A model generated the notes under the pieces. That model was not told where the DNA came from and did no database searches. It worked only from the letters and a program-made list of their open reading frames with translations. A program made the position numbers and the translations under genes. Positions 1 through 9,829 of a DNA stretch of 64,000 nt are shown here, in pieces; within the stretch, counting starts at the first letter, position 1; every line of letters begins with the position of its first letter. Source of the DNA: Candidatus Latescibacterota bacterium (lineage in GTDB: Bacteria; Latescibacterota; UBA2968); contig OZ244960.1 in the NCBI GenBank assembly GCA_965222605.1, positions 320,001 to 384,000 on the forward strand, given 5' to 3'.

Positions 1-737
1 CGCAAATCTCGCCCAATCTCAAACGTCGTGCGCTCCACCGCATGCACGGGGGTTTTGGCTTCCAAACACCGCCTCAAAACAGCCGATAATAGGGAATAAT
101 ACTGTCGGTAGTTTTCCCGCTCTATCAGCCCCAACTGCCCCACTCTGTCCAATTCCTCTAACCAGTTGACAGGCGGCGGTGGCAACTCGGACATGGGGCG
201 ACGCCTGCGTCGATAAACATACCAGACCAATCCTGCAAGCAATAGAATCAGCCCGCCAACCGCCAGCCAAAACCACACGGGAATCTGTGCCACCACCACC
301 ATCGGAGGCTTCACATCGCGAATATCTGTTGTGCCTTCTGGCCTGACACTCCGCACCAATACATCAATGGGTTGCGACGCGATTTTTCCAGAATCGCCCT
401 CTGCATTGACAAAATGCACGGAAACGGTGGGCACGCGAAACGCGCCCACCTGATAAATCGCCAGCACGAGGTCTTGCGTTTCCCGCACACGTCCATTTTC
501 GAGTTGCTCTGTTTCAACTACGCCCGTGTGTCGAATCTCGAATGGATGAGGAAACTCTTTCCCATACGCAATTTCCGCCTTATCATCAGCCCCGCGATGG
601 ACGCGCAGGCGCAAAACAAAAGGGTCGCCAATTGTAATTGTATCGCGGTCAACCCCTGTCAGAAATTCTACCGCTGCATCGGTCGGAACGGTTTGTATCC
701 CGATCCACATTGTGAAGAAAAAATAAATCGCACGCAT
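1..737 (-). CDS. BatD/DUF4381-like single-TM protein (partial; 3' end runs off the window)
   Basis: Not in the ORF track because it has no stop in the window. Manual translation from ATG 737 is open to base 1: MRAIYFFFTMWIG..VDRDTITIGDPFVLRL..DIRDVKPP..(TM)WFWLAVGGLILLLAGLVWYVYRRRRRP..YYSLLSAVLRR..ERTTFEI, the architecture typical of MoxR/Bat-operon proteins. Confidence 0.65.
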   Translation of the reverse strand, partial: MRAIYFFFTMWIGIQTVPTDAAVEFLTGVDRDTITIGDPFVLRLRVHRGADDKAEIAYGKEFPHPFEIRHTGVVETEQLENGRVRETQDLVLAIYQVGAFRVPTVSVHFVNAEGDSGKIASQPIDVLVRSVRPEGTTDIRDVKPPMVVVAQIPVWFWLAVGGLILLLAGLVWYVYRRRRRPMSELPPPPVNWLEELDRVGQLGLIERENYRQYYSLLSAVLRRCLEAKTPVHAVERTTFEIGRDL

Positions 738-746
738 TGCTGTCCA

Positions 747-2114
747 TTATGCTCCTTTTTGCATCGCGTCCAAAGACCAATTGAGTTGCAACCACGACAT
801 CACCGAATACGGCAACACAACCACCTCGCGACGCGTTTTGGCCGTGCCGTACCAAAAATTGTTGGCCTGCCCGATAATCAGCTCTTGCACCAGTGTTTCG
901 CCCCGCCACAGAGAAATCGTCAATACGGGGTCATTCAAACTATCTGCGGCAGATTTATCCACTTGATCGGGAAACTCGGCAACGACCAGATTGTGAACGC
1001 GATCAATCAAATCTTCAACGCTGGTATCTCCTTCTACAACGCGCCCATCCCCCATCACCACCTGCCACGAGCCATCGCCATCCTTCGCGCAATTCACCAC
1101 ACTGTCTCGATAGGCCAAACGCACGCGGTCAACACCCGTGCGATCAAACTCAAAAACGCGCTTGTAACGCAACCGGGTCAATGGAATATCCAGGGATTCT
1201 GAGAGAAGCTGATCTACGATAAACACCTGTGGCTGACTCATTACACGCCCATACCACAGTTTCTGCCGTTCATTGGGCACGCGCTTGCCCAGCAACAGCG
1301 TATTGGCCGCTTCATTGTCTTTTAGATACAACACGACTTTGTAATCTGGATCGTCGAACCCGTAAACTGTAGGATCATCCACCGCCTCTTTGTGAAAGGA
1401 TTCGACGCGCGCGTCTTTCAAATGCCCCAACAACGACAAAACCTCACGCGCGTCAGCCCGCTCTTTTATCGGCTGCACGAGATGCCACTTCAGCCCATCC
1501 CGCACGACTTCATAAGCACCTCCGGGCGCTTGAAAATACGCACGCGTAATCAGATCCAGGTCAAAGGCGAACGCACGCGTGTCGCGCAATGCCATCAGTG
1601 GACGATTAAACCGCGCGCGATATTGTTTTCTGGTCAACACGACCTTGTTCCCGCCCGACCAGGTTAGATAGCACGCCTGCTTCGAGGGAATATCATCGCC
1701 AAAAAACAACCATACAGGATCGCCCGATACCGGTTCAAATCGCACCTCAACCACGGGTGGATCCAGCCCAAAATTGGCGAGAGCAACCCCTGCGTAATCG
1801 CCTTCATCAACCACAACCCGACCGCGTTCAACAATCTGCGCGATCTCGATCATACCCTCAAATTCTATCCAATCGGCGGGTACTTTCAGCGGCGCGATCA
1901 GCATCCACTCATTGCCGTGCTTCTCAGCGACAAAGTGCCCGTATTCATTGGTCAACGTCAATCGCGCAACGCGATGTCGCTGAACTTCAATAAACGCATT
2001 CTTCGCCTCAATCTCGCGTTGTTCCTCTGCCATGCGAGGACGTTCATATAAAAAGACAAACCCCACCAACCCCAAAAGCAGAACCGCCAAAATCGCTGTC
2101 ACCTTAATACCCAC
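747..2114 (-). CDS. DUF4340 domain-containing periplasmic protein
   Basis: N-terminal TM anchor; repeated W-x-L-x-x-P..AD, 'FGLDPP' and 'YGFDDP' modules; directly follows a GldG-family gene. Confidence 0.75.
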   Translation of the reverse strand: MGIKVTAILAVLLLGLVGFVFLYERPRMAEEQREIEAKNAFIEVQRHRVARLTLTNEYGHFVAEKHGNEWMLIAPLKVPADWIEFEGMIEIAQIVERGRVVVDEGDYAGVALANFGLDPPVVEVRFEPVSGDPVWLFFGDDIPSKQACYLTWSGGNKVVLTRKQYRARFNRPLMALRDTRAFAFDLDLITRAYFQAPGGAYEVVRDGLKWHLVQPIKERADAREVLSLLGHLKDARVESFHKEAVDDPTVYGFDDPDYKVVLYLKDNEAANTLLLGKRVPNERQKLWYGRVMSQPQVFIVDQLLSESLDIPLTRLRYKRVFEFDRTGVDRVRLAYRDSVVNCAKDGDGSWQVVMGDGRVVEGDTSVEDLIDRVHNLVVAEFPDQVDKSAADSLNDPVLTISLWRGETLVQELIIGQANNFWYGTAKTRREVVVLPYSVMSWLQLNWSLDAMQKGA

Positions 2115-2148
2115 AATTTTTTCCTCAGTAGTCAGTAGTCAGTCCGCC

Positions 2149-3537
2149 TCAACGTCTGCGCCACCAGACCAGCACACCCGCGATAATCGAAACGCTCGGC
2201 AACACCAGCCAATATACCCACCGAATCCAAAATCCATCGCTCTGGTTTAATGTCAACGGGCGAAATCGCGTGCTCTTGGGCCGAATCGTAATTTTATCGC
2301 GCGCCCTGAGCAACCAATTCGCTGCATTCATAAACAAATCGCCATTGCCCGCCACCTCCACAAAGCGATTGCTCGCAAAATCCGAATCGCCAAAGACCAC
2401 AATCCGCGCCCGCGCGCCACGCTGATCATCACCAGCTTTTGCAGCAATAGTGGCCGGGCCTTCCACGACCATCGCCAGCCACAGTGGCCCCGGGCGGTCT
2501 GCCCCGGATGTGTATTCCACCGCCTCTTTGTCTTTAGCGAAAACAGCGTTCAAATTGGTCTCACTCCAACTGTTTGGCGAAGACAGCACCAGGGAAGAAA
2601 CATCAGCACCTGGCAATGACCTCACGCGTTCCATTGAGCGCGTCAGCGGATAGAACGTCTGCAATCCCGAGTGCTTATCCGTAATGGGATGTTTGCTATA
2701 ATGCGTCGTAACGGGAACCGAAAAATCTGCGCCCGGCAGCACCTGGCTTTTATCGACCACAAAATCATTTCGCAGGCCAATAGACCACTTTCGCAACAGC
2801 GGCTCGATCCCCGTATCGATGAGGGGATCCAACAAGAAGAACGCCGCCCCCCCCTGATTGAGATACGTCGCTACAATATCGATCTCTGCTGGCAAAAACG
2901 GGCGTTTAGGTCCTGCGACAATCAGCGCATTACAATCTTTGGGCACGCGCTGTGATTGCGCCAGTACCAGGGATGGGCGCACATCGTGGTTGCCTTCGAT
3001 GAGCAACTGCTTGATCCCGGAAAATCCCTGCTCTGATTGATCGTCGGGATGCGCCTCATCGTGTCCACCCACAAAATAGACCACCTGCCGCTCTTCGCTC
3101 ATCAAACGCGCAATGCCATTGGTCAATGCCTTTTCTGACGTTTCCTGAATGCGCTCTTCCCGATTGCCGTATTCGATCACCGAAACACCATATCGCGTCA
3201 CAGTATATCGCCTGGCCTCAATCGGCTCTCTGTCGGGATCGACAAACCGATAAGCAAAACGCCTCGAATGATAGGCGTATTGTTTGAGCAAATGCTCGTA
3301 ATCGCGCTGTTCTACTTCGCGGAAAAACGCCACAACATTGACATCTTCAGACATATTTTCCAAAATAGAAATTGTTTGAGGCGACAGCGTATAAAGACCG
3401 CGAGCCGTCAGGTCAAAGCGCGCGTGATACCGCGTGGTCAAAAAATTAACTGCCGCCAGAATACCCAGCGCAATCAACACTGCCGCAAGAGCATTAGACC
3501 CGTATTTCAATATTCGATGCGATAAAAATTTGGGCAT
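2149..3537 (-). CDS. GldG-family ABC-associated auxiliary protein
   Basis: RFDLT..YTLSPQT, FVDPDREP, VYFVGGHDE, LIVAGPK, VVFGDSDFASN, GNGDLFMNAANWL; N- and C-terminal TM segments. Confidence 0.85.
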   Translation of the reverse strand: MPKFLSHRILKYGSNALAAVLIALGILAAVNFLTTRYHARFDLTARGLYTLSPQTISILENMSEDVNVVAFFREVEQRDYEHLLKQYAYHSRRFAYRFVDPDREPIEARRYTVTRYGVSVIEYGNREERIQETSEKALTNGIARLMSEERQVVYFVGGHDEAHPDDQSEQGFSGIKQLLIEGNHDVRPSLVLAQSQRVPKDCNALIVAGPKRPFLPAEIDIVATYLNQGGAAFFLLDPLIDTGIEPLLRKWSIGLRNDFVVDKSQVLPGADFSVPVTTHYSKHPITDKHSGLQTFYPLTRSMERVRSLPGADVSSLVLSSPNSWSETNLNAVFAKDKEAVEYTSGADRPGPLWLAMVVEGPATIAAKAGDDQRGARARIVVFGDSDFASNRFVEVAGNGDLFMNAANWLLRARDKITIRPKSTRFRPLTLNQSDGFWIRWVYWLVLPSVSIIAGVLVWWRRR

Positions 3538-3548
3538 AGATCTATCCC

Positions 3549-4670
3549 TTATTTCTCACCCGAGTAATGGCGCACCGCATCCCAATCGAGTTCTACACCG
3601 AGGCCCGGCCCTGTGGGAATGGTGAGCAATCCGTCTTCATCCAGTGAAAACTGCGTGGTGACAATATCTTCGATATAAGGCGATGGGGTAATATATTCGA
3701 CCCAGCGCGCAATGGGGTGTGCGGCGGCCAGGTGGAGATCTGCGAGGAAGCCAATAGCGGTGTTCCAGCCATGTGTGACGACCAGAACATTGTGGTCATA
3801 CGCATACCATATCAGGCGGCGCACTTCAGAAATGCCTCCCACCTTTGTAACATCGGGCTGGATAATATCATACGCACCGCGCTCAATCCACGGCATAAAA
3901 CTCTGGCGGCGAGTGAAAACTTCTCCGCCGGCAATGCGGACAGGGGAATATTCTCGCAACCTGATATGGCCCTCAATATCGTCGGGAGGGAGGGCTTCTT
4001 CAAACCAGGTGACATCGTAATCGCCGAGCATGCGGGCGGTTTCAATCGCCCATTTGTAATTGTGAGGCCAAAAGGCATCGCTGCCGCCTGCATCGACCAT
4101 GAGTTCCACATCGGGACCACAGGTATCCCGGGCGATTTTGATGAGGTGTTCATCCATGTAGCGGTCAACGCGCCCAAAAGCTCCCCAGCCGAGTTTAAGT
4201 GCTCTAAAACCGCGGTCGAGCGCGTCTTGCAAGCTGTGGGGAAATGTTTTGGGGTCTTCAAAGAGAATCGATCCGTATGGTTTAATTTTCTCGCGATAAT
4301 ACCCGCCGAGCAAACGACCAACAGGTTGCCCAACCGCTTTGCCAAAAACATCCCACAACGCGATATCAATACCGCTGATCGCATGCGTAACAGCCCCCCC
4401 GCGCCCCTGCCAGAAGCTCATCTGGTGAAGCTTTTCAGATACGCGCTCGGGCTCCAGTGCGTTTTCTCCAATGATATTGGATCGCAACAGTCCCATCGCA
4501 CCATCAACTAAAGCTTTGCTGGTAAAAACACTTCCCATACCGCTCACACCTTCATCCGTCTGAACTTCGACCAACGTATGCATATTTTCATCTGGCCCAG
4601 GCTCAACCGTCCAGCCCGTCATAGGCGTTTCCCCAAAGAGCGGAATCGTGCGAATTTCGGTGATTTTCAT
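3549..4670 (-). CDS. Mandelate racemase/muconate lactonizing (enolase superfamily) enzyme, probable acid-sugar dehydratase
   Basis: AISGIDIALWD..GK, LMVDAG, WFEEAL, AGGE, IIQPDV.KVGGI, PTGPGLGVE. Confidence 0.85.
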   Translation of the reverse strand: MKITEIRTIPLFGETPMTGWTVEPGPDENMHTLVEVQTDEGVSGMGSVFTSKALVDGAMGLLRSNIIGENALEPERVSEKLHQMSFWQGRGGAVTHAISGIDIALWDVFGKAVGQPVGRLLGGYYREKIKPYGSILFEDPKTFPHSLQDALDRGFRALKLGWGAFGRVDRYMDEHLIKIARDTCGPDVELMVDAGGSDAFWPHNYKWAIETARMLGDYDVTWFEEALPPDDIEGHIRLREYSPVRIAGGEVFTRRQSFMPWIERGAYDIIQPDVTKVGGISEVRRLIWYAYDHNVLVVTHGWNTAIGFLADLHLAAAHPIARWVEYITPSPYIEDIVTTQFSLDEDGLLTIPTGPGLGVELDWDAVRHYSGEK

Positions 4671-5857
4671 TTGTGTTCCTTCAAGTATTCGGCTACTGCG
4701 CGTGCGACAATAAATTCTTCGTCGGTTTGGACAATCAGAACGGCGACCGCACTGTTAGATGCCGAGATCATCCCATCTGTGGGAGGATTGGCATTTGCGA
4801 CCTCGTCGAGATAAACGCCTAAGTATTCGAGACCAGTGCAGACGCGCTGGCGCACATTTGCCCCGCGTTCGCCAATTCCCCCGGCAAAAGCAATCGCATC
4901 CAGACCGCCCAGTGCGGCAGAACAAGCACCGATTTCTCTTTTGATCCCATAACAAAATGCCTCCAGAGCGAGACGCGCGCGTGTGTGCCCCTTTTGAGCA
5001 GCTTCTTCGAGATCGCGCACATCACCGCTAATACCCGAAATGCCGAGCAAACCGCTTTCTTCAGACAGGACGCGGCTAATTTCGCCTGTCGATAGATTTT
5101 CGCGGTCCATGATATAGGGAATAATGAACGGATCAATAGTTCCAATGCGCGTACTGTTGATGATGCCTGTTTGAGGCGAGAAGCCCATCGAGGTATCCAC
5201 GGATTGACCATTGCGAACCGCGCACAAAGAGGCACTTCCGCCGAGATGGCAGGATACCATGCGGAGATCTTCCCGGTCGAGTATTTGCGCCGTGCGTTGC
5301 GAAACGTAGCGGTGGGACGCGCCGTGGAAACCGTATTTGCGAACCCCGTATTTTTCATACCATTCGTAGGGCACACTATAGATATAGGCATAATCGGGTA
5401 TATTGGCGTGAAAAGCGGCTTCAAAGAGACCGATCAGGGGCAGGTTGGAATCGCATTGCGCGAAAATGCGAATCGTCTGGATATATGGCGGATTGTGGGC
5501 AGGCGCAAGGCTATTGTAGTCTGCCATGCGCTGCAAAATATCTTCCGTGAGAAGATATGTACCCGCTTTTCCGCGCATGTGAACAGTTTTGAATCCAACG
5601 GCATTGAGATCAGACAAGTCGGAGATTACGCCGGTGTGCGTATCTGTCAGACGCGCAATAACATCGCGTACAGCAGATGGATAATCCGGCAAGTGTTGTT
5701 CGGTCTCAACAGCGTATTCGCCAATCTGGTGGGCAACAGGTGAAGATGGATCGCCGATGCGCTCGAGACGACCTTCGGCGAGCACCGCTTCATCGGTCAT
5801 ATCAAATAAGCGATATTTGAACGAAGTAGAGCCTGCATTTGCAATGAGGATTTTCAT
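4667..5857 (-). CDS. ackA: Acetate/propionate kinase (BMC-associated variant)
   Basis: ANAGSTSFK, APAHNP, YGFHGASH, CHLGGSAS, DTSMGFSP, GGIGE, TDEE; ATGA overlaps with both neighbours. Confidence 0.9.
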   Translation of the reverse strand: MKILIANAGSTSFKYRLFDMTDEAVLAEGRLERIGDPSSPVAHQIGEYAVETEQHLPDYPSAVRDVIARLTDTHTGVISDLSDLNAVGFKTVHMRGKAGTYLLTEDILQRMADYNSLAPAHNPPYIQTIRIFAQCDSNLPLIGLFEAAFHANIPDYAYIYSVPYEWYEKYGVRKYGFHGASHRYVSQRTAQILDREDLRMVSCHLGGSASLCAVRNGQSVDTSMGFSPQTGIINSTRIGTIDPFIIPYIMDRENLSTGEISRVLSEESGLLGISGISGDVRDLEEAAQKGHTRARLALEAFCYGIKREIGACSAALGGLDAIAFAGGIGERGANVRQRVCTGLEYLGVYLDEVANANPPTDGMISASNSAVAVLIVQTDEEFIVARAVAEYLKEHK

Positions 5858-7059
5858 GGTCTAACTATTTCAAGCCTCTGCATGGGTTTATCGGCAATGG
5901 GCAGATGAATAAGCGATGAAGCCAGGCTCAGGAGAATCGCGGCAATCCAAATAATATCGTAAGACCCCGTCGCATCATACATCCGCCCAGCCAGCCACAC
6001 GCCTAAAAAACTGCCAATCTGATGGCTGAAGAAGACAATGCCATACAGGGTGGAGAGATAGCGCGAACCAAAGATCTGCGCGACAGTGCCACTGGTTAAT
6101 GGAACGGTTGCAAGCCATAAGAATCCGATCAAGCTGCCAAACACAAGGGCCGACGTATTTGTAACGGGTACGAATAGGAATCCACTAATGACAAGGGCGC
6201 GGCCCAAATAGAGCCAACTCAAGAGATATTTTTTGCGATATCGGTCGCCGAGTTGCCCCGAAAGATAAGATCCAAAAATATTAAAAAGTCCAATTAGGGA
6301 TAACGCTGTTGCACCGACCATTTTTGAAAGGCCGTGATCCGTCAGAAATGCGGGCAGATGCGTGGCGATAAATGCGACGTGAAATCCACACACAAAAAAT
6401 CCCGCATTGAGCAACCAGTACCCTGAATGACCTCGCGCTTGAAGAAGTGCTCGAAGCAGGCTGCCATTATCGGGTTCGATGGTATTTGGAGACACCTTTC
6501 GCCCGCGCTGAGGAAACCCAATAGCGAGCAAGGCACTCGCGCCCGCGATCAGGGCGATGAAAGCGAATGAAGATTGCCAGCCCACGCCCGAGAGAAGCCA
6601 TTGCACACCTGATACGAGTGCAAAAGTACCAAAAGAACCCGCGGCAGTAATAAGCCCAAAGAACGAGGCGCGTTTTTCCGGTGCAACAACCTGAGCGACC
6701 GCACCGAGGACCACCACATAGGAGATGCTGCTGAGTGCGATGCCCATGAGTACACCGAGCACGGTGTACAGACCAAGAGGCGTGCTGACAGAAGATAATA
6801 GAAAAAAACAGACGGCATAGATCAACGCGCCGCCAGCAACAACCCATCGCGGTCCAAAATGGTCTGCGACAATGCCCACTACAGGCAAACCAAAAATGAG
6901 GTTTTGCCATGCGATGGCCAGGCTAAAGACTTCTCGTCCAATGCCGAGGTCTCGGCTGATCGGTGACAAAAAAAGGCCAAAGGATTGGCGAATGCCCATG
7001 CTGACAAACACAATCAGGGCACTGCAAAATATGACAATAGTCGCTTTGCGATTGGGCAT
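5854..7059 (-). CDS. MFS transporter
   Basis: About 12 hydrophobic segments; motif A-like GIVADHFGPR and GQLGDRYRKK; GFFVCGFH. Confidence 0.9.
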   Translation of the reverse strand: MPNRKATIVIFCSALIVFVSMGIRQSFGLFLSPISRDLGIGREVFSLAIAWQNLIFGLPVVGIVADHFGPRWVVAGGALIYAVCFFLLSSVSTPLGLYTVLGVLMGIALSSISYVVVLGAVAQVVAPEKRASFFGLITAAGSFGTFALVSGVQWLLSGVGWQSSFAFIALIAGASALLAIGFPQRGRKVSPNTIEPDNGSLLRALLQARGHSGYWLLNAGFFVCGFHVAFIATHLPAFLTDHGLSKMVGATALSLIGLFNIFGSYLSGQLGDRYRKKYLLSWLYLGRALVISGFLFVPVTNTSALVFGSLIGFLWLATVPLTSGTVAQIFGSRYLSTLYGIVFFSHQIGSFLGVWLAGRMYDATGSYDIIWIAAILLSLASSLIHLPIADKPMQRLEIVRP

Positions 7060-7089
7060 TTATGAAATTCCGACATTTCTTTTTTTACC

Positions 7090-8382
7090 TCACCCCTGAA
7101 CGACCGTCCCGTATTCATTGGGAATCGGCCCGTCGTACTCCCAGGTTTTCCAGGGCGTATCTCGATGCGATTCCCGAACGATGGTTCGAATTTCTGAAAC
7201 AATATCTGGATATTCGGCTGCGAGGTCATTTTGTTCGCCGATATCCGTTGCTAAATCGTAGAGTTCAACAACGCCTTCGGGATTGGCATGGCCTTCGGGT
7301 AAATATGCTTTCCAATCACCCAGGCGAACAGCACTGACACCGCGCCGCTCCCAATAGAGAAATTCGTGAGCTTGTTGGGTATCGCGGTCCAGGAGTGCAG
7401 GCAACATAGAAATGCCATCAACCGGTTCCGGGATAGACACACCGGTCAATTCGCAGAACGTGGGCAACATATCCTGGAAACCCGAATAATGTGCGCTCAC
7501 AGTACCGGGTTGAATCGTTCCCGGCCACCGAGCGACAAAGGGCACGCGGATGCCACCTTCATAGAGACTCCCCTTTTTTCCGCGAAGTGGTCCAGCCGCG
7601 TTGAAGTGTTCAAGCGTATGGCCACTGCCGTGGGGGCCATTATCGCTCGTGAAGATAACAAGAGTATTTTCGGCAATACCAAGTTCGTCGAGCATATCCA
7701 AAAGCGTGCCAATATCGCGGTCCATGCGCGCAATCATAGCCGCCTGCGTCTTCTGATCTTCCGTCCAGGGCTTGTCTTTGTAAATATCGAGAGATGGAAT
7801 TTCGAATTTGGTGTGTGGAATGGTGTAGGCCAAATAGAGAAAAAAGGGATTGGATTGCTGTTCGCACACAAATTGCAAAGCTTCAGCCGTGAGTAGATCG
7901 TGTGAATACGATTTGCCGTAGAGCATGATTTTCTGATCGTTCCGCCAGAGGTGCTGAGGATAATAAGTGTGGGCTTCGCGCTGGCAATTGTACCCAAAAA
8001 AGTGATCGAAACCCTGATTGTTGGGATCGCCTTCCGATCCCGGATACCCCAATCCCCATTTGCCAATGCAGGCAGTGGCATAACCGCTCTTTTTGAGCAA
8101 TTTGGCGACCGTCTGCGTGTCGCCAGGGATGGGCACATTGCCCTCAATGGACAAAGCGCGATTGTCCCGCACATAACAATGCCCCGTGTGCAGACCCGTC
8201 ATAAGCACACACCTCGAGGGCGCACATACCGAAGACCCGGCATAGTGATCCGTAAACCGAATGCCCTCTGCTGCAATGCGGTCAATATTGGGCGTATAAA
8301 TAAACTCCTGCCCAAAACAACCCAGATCGCCGTAGCCGAGATCATCCGAGAGGATGTAGATAATATTGGGCATTGTTTTCAT
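7090..8382 (-). CDS. Arylsulfatase (formylglycine-dependent, Cys type), no signal peptide
   Basis: PNIIYILSDDLGYGD, CAPSR..LMTG, GKWGLG, FTSDNG, YEGGIRVP; the likely ATG at 8382 overlaps the aldolase stop (TAATG). Confidence 0.9.
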   Translation of the reverse strand: MKTMPNIIYILSDDLGYGDLGCFGQEFIYTPNIDRIAAEGIRFTDHYAGSSVCAPSRCVLMTGLHTGHCYVRDNRALSIEGNVPIPGDTQTVAKLLKKSGYATACIGKWGLGYPGSEGDPNNQGFDHFFGYNCQREAHTYYPQHLWRNDQKIMLYGKSYSHDLLTAEALQFVCEQQSNPFFLYLAYTIPHTKFEIPSLDIYKDKPWTEDQKTQAAMIARMDRDIGTLLDMLDELGIAENTLVIFTSDNGPHGSGHTLEHFNAAGPLRGKKGSLYEGGIRVPFVARWPGTIQPGTVSAHYSGFQDMLPTFCELTGVSIPEPVDGISMLPALLDRDTQQAHEFLYWERRGVSAVRLGDWKAYLPEGHANPEGVVELYDLATDIGEQNDLAAEYPDIVSEIRTIVRESHRDTPWKTWEYDGPIPNEYGTVVQG

Positions 8383-9185
8383 TATTTTAACTCTTCCATA
8401 ACCCTGCGAGTAATTTCCGCAACGAGATCGTCTTGGGAAGTTTGGGCAGGGGCTGTACCGCCAGCGCTCAACGTGCGAATTGTGGGAATGTGGGTAGTGG
8501 ATTGAGTTGTGGGTGCATCGGGTATATCGCATGCCGGATCGGGGCCGCGAAGGCCCATGCGGTTGCGAATAGCGACCAGTTTAGCCACCTGTTCCGCATT
8601 GAGTTCGTTATACCCGCCGAGTTGGTTTGCCACAAAAAGTATTTTCGCAAAATGCTCCATCGTTTCCATCTTGTAATAGGCATTCATCACATCGGTGCCG
8701 ATCGTAGTCGCACCGTGATTTTCGAGCAAATAGGCGTCGTAATCCACGACGTATTGCCTGATCGGTTCAGAAATCTCTGGTCCCCCCGGCGTACCGTATT
8801 CCACAATGGGTATGGCGCCGAGTGTGATAATCACCTCGGGCAAAACACATGCAGTGAGCGAAACGCCTGCAACCGCAAAACCAGTAGCAGTTGGCGGATG
8901 CGCGTGTACAACAGCGCGCACATCGGGACGCTCGCGATAAAGAAAAATATGCATGCCAATTTCCGACGAAGGCCGCTTTTGCCCACTCACAAGCGTGCCA
9001 TCCATGTCCGTAATACAGAGATCTTCGACCTTGAGAAATCCCTTGGACATCCCCGTTGGCGTCGTGAGAATGCGGTCTTCTTCAATTCGGCAAGAAATAT
9101 TGCCATCGTTGGAAGCGACAAAGCCGCGATCGTACACGCGACGCCCGGCTTCAATAATATCGAGTTTGGCCTGATGGAGATTCAT
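8382..9185 (-). CDS. Class II aldolase (FucA/RhaD-like) with C-terminal encapsulation peptide
   Basis: DGNIS, TPTG, SSEIGMH, VVHAHP, LLENHG; after a low-complexity linker, amphipathic C-terminus QDDLVAEITRRVMEELK; ATG 9185 follows AAGGTGAG. Confidence 0.9.
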   Translation of the reverse strand: MNLHQAKLDIIEAGRRVYDRGFVASNDGNISCRIEEDRILTTPTGMSKGFLKVEDLCITDMDGTLVSGQKRPSSEIGMHIFLYRERPDVRAVVHAHPPTATGFAVAGVSLTACVLPEVIITLGAIPIVEYGTPGGPEISEPIRQYVVDYDAYLLENHGATTIGTDVMNAYYKMETMEHFAKILFVANQLGGYNELNAEQVAKLVAIRNRMGLRGPDPACDIPDAPTTQSTTHIPTIRTLSAGGTAPAQTSQDDLVAEITRRVMEELK

Positions 9186-9193
9186 TTTACGTC

Positions 9194-9466
9194 TCACCTT
9201 TTGATATCAATATCGTCAACGACGCCGACGATAACGGAACGTACAGCAGGCAATTCCACATTGAGAACGAGACCTGCTGCGACACCCTGACGAATTACGA
9301 GGACAATCTCGCCGCGACCAACGCCTGTGGCATCAACTGCGAGCGCCGATGCGCCATCATCTTTGCCATCGGGAGTAATGGGCTGCACGACCATGAGTTT
9401 AGCGCTGTTATAATCGCTGTGTTTAATAGTCGATGTGACGCTGCCGAGTACGCGAGCCAGGAACAT
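9194..9466 (-). CDS. BMC pentamer (EutN/CcmL)
   Basis: MFLARVLGSVTSTIK..KLMVVQP..AVDATGVGRGE..IVGVVD. Confidence 0.92.
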   Translation of the reverse strand: MFLARVLGSVTSTIKHSDYNSAKLMVVQPITPDGKDDGASALAVDATGVGRGEIVLVIRQGVAAGLVLNVELPAVRSVIVGVVDDIDIKR

Positions 9467-9542
9467 ATAGAATTTGGGATTCGGGATTTAGCTGCTTTCT
9501 CCCCTTCTCGTCTGGGGAGCCGGAGGGTAGGTCGCCTCACAA

Positions 9543-9806
9543 TCAGACATTGACCTGATCGACAATGCCAACAACTGCCGCGTCAACCGGGCCGTATTTA
9601 TCGGGCAGGGCATTGGGAGCCTCTCGTGAACCGACCCAGTAGATGGTCTCGCCATCGCTGGCATTGACCACATCAACCGCGACAAACGCATCCCCTGCTT
9701 TTTTGTGCTCGTGATCAATAGGTTCAACGACAAGCAGTCTAAAACCTTTGAGCGAGGCATCTTTACGCGTCGCCCAAATTTTGCCAATGACACGGCCGAG
9801 GAACAT
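9543..9806 (-). CDS. BMC pentamer (EutN/CcmL)
   Basis: MFLGRVIGKIWATRK..LLVVEP..AVDVV..PVDAAVVGIVD. Confidence 0.92.
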   Translation of the reverse strand: MFLGRVIGKIWATRKDASLKGFRLLVVEPIDHEHKKAGDAFVAVDVVNASDGETIYWVGSREAPNALPDKYGPVDAAVVGIVDQVNV

Positions 9807-9829
9807 TTTTACCTCGCGAGATGCGGGAC

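Noticed and set aside
372-1202. 276-aa plus-strand ORF
   Set aside because: Antisense shadow of two well-supported minus-strand genes; no motifs
8383-8532. Extended N-terminus of the sulfatase in the ORF track
   Set aside because: Overlaps the aldolase coding region; the coupled ATG at 8382 fits better
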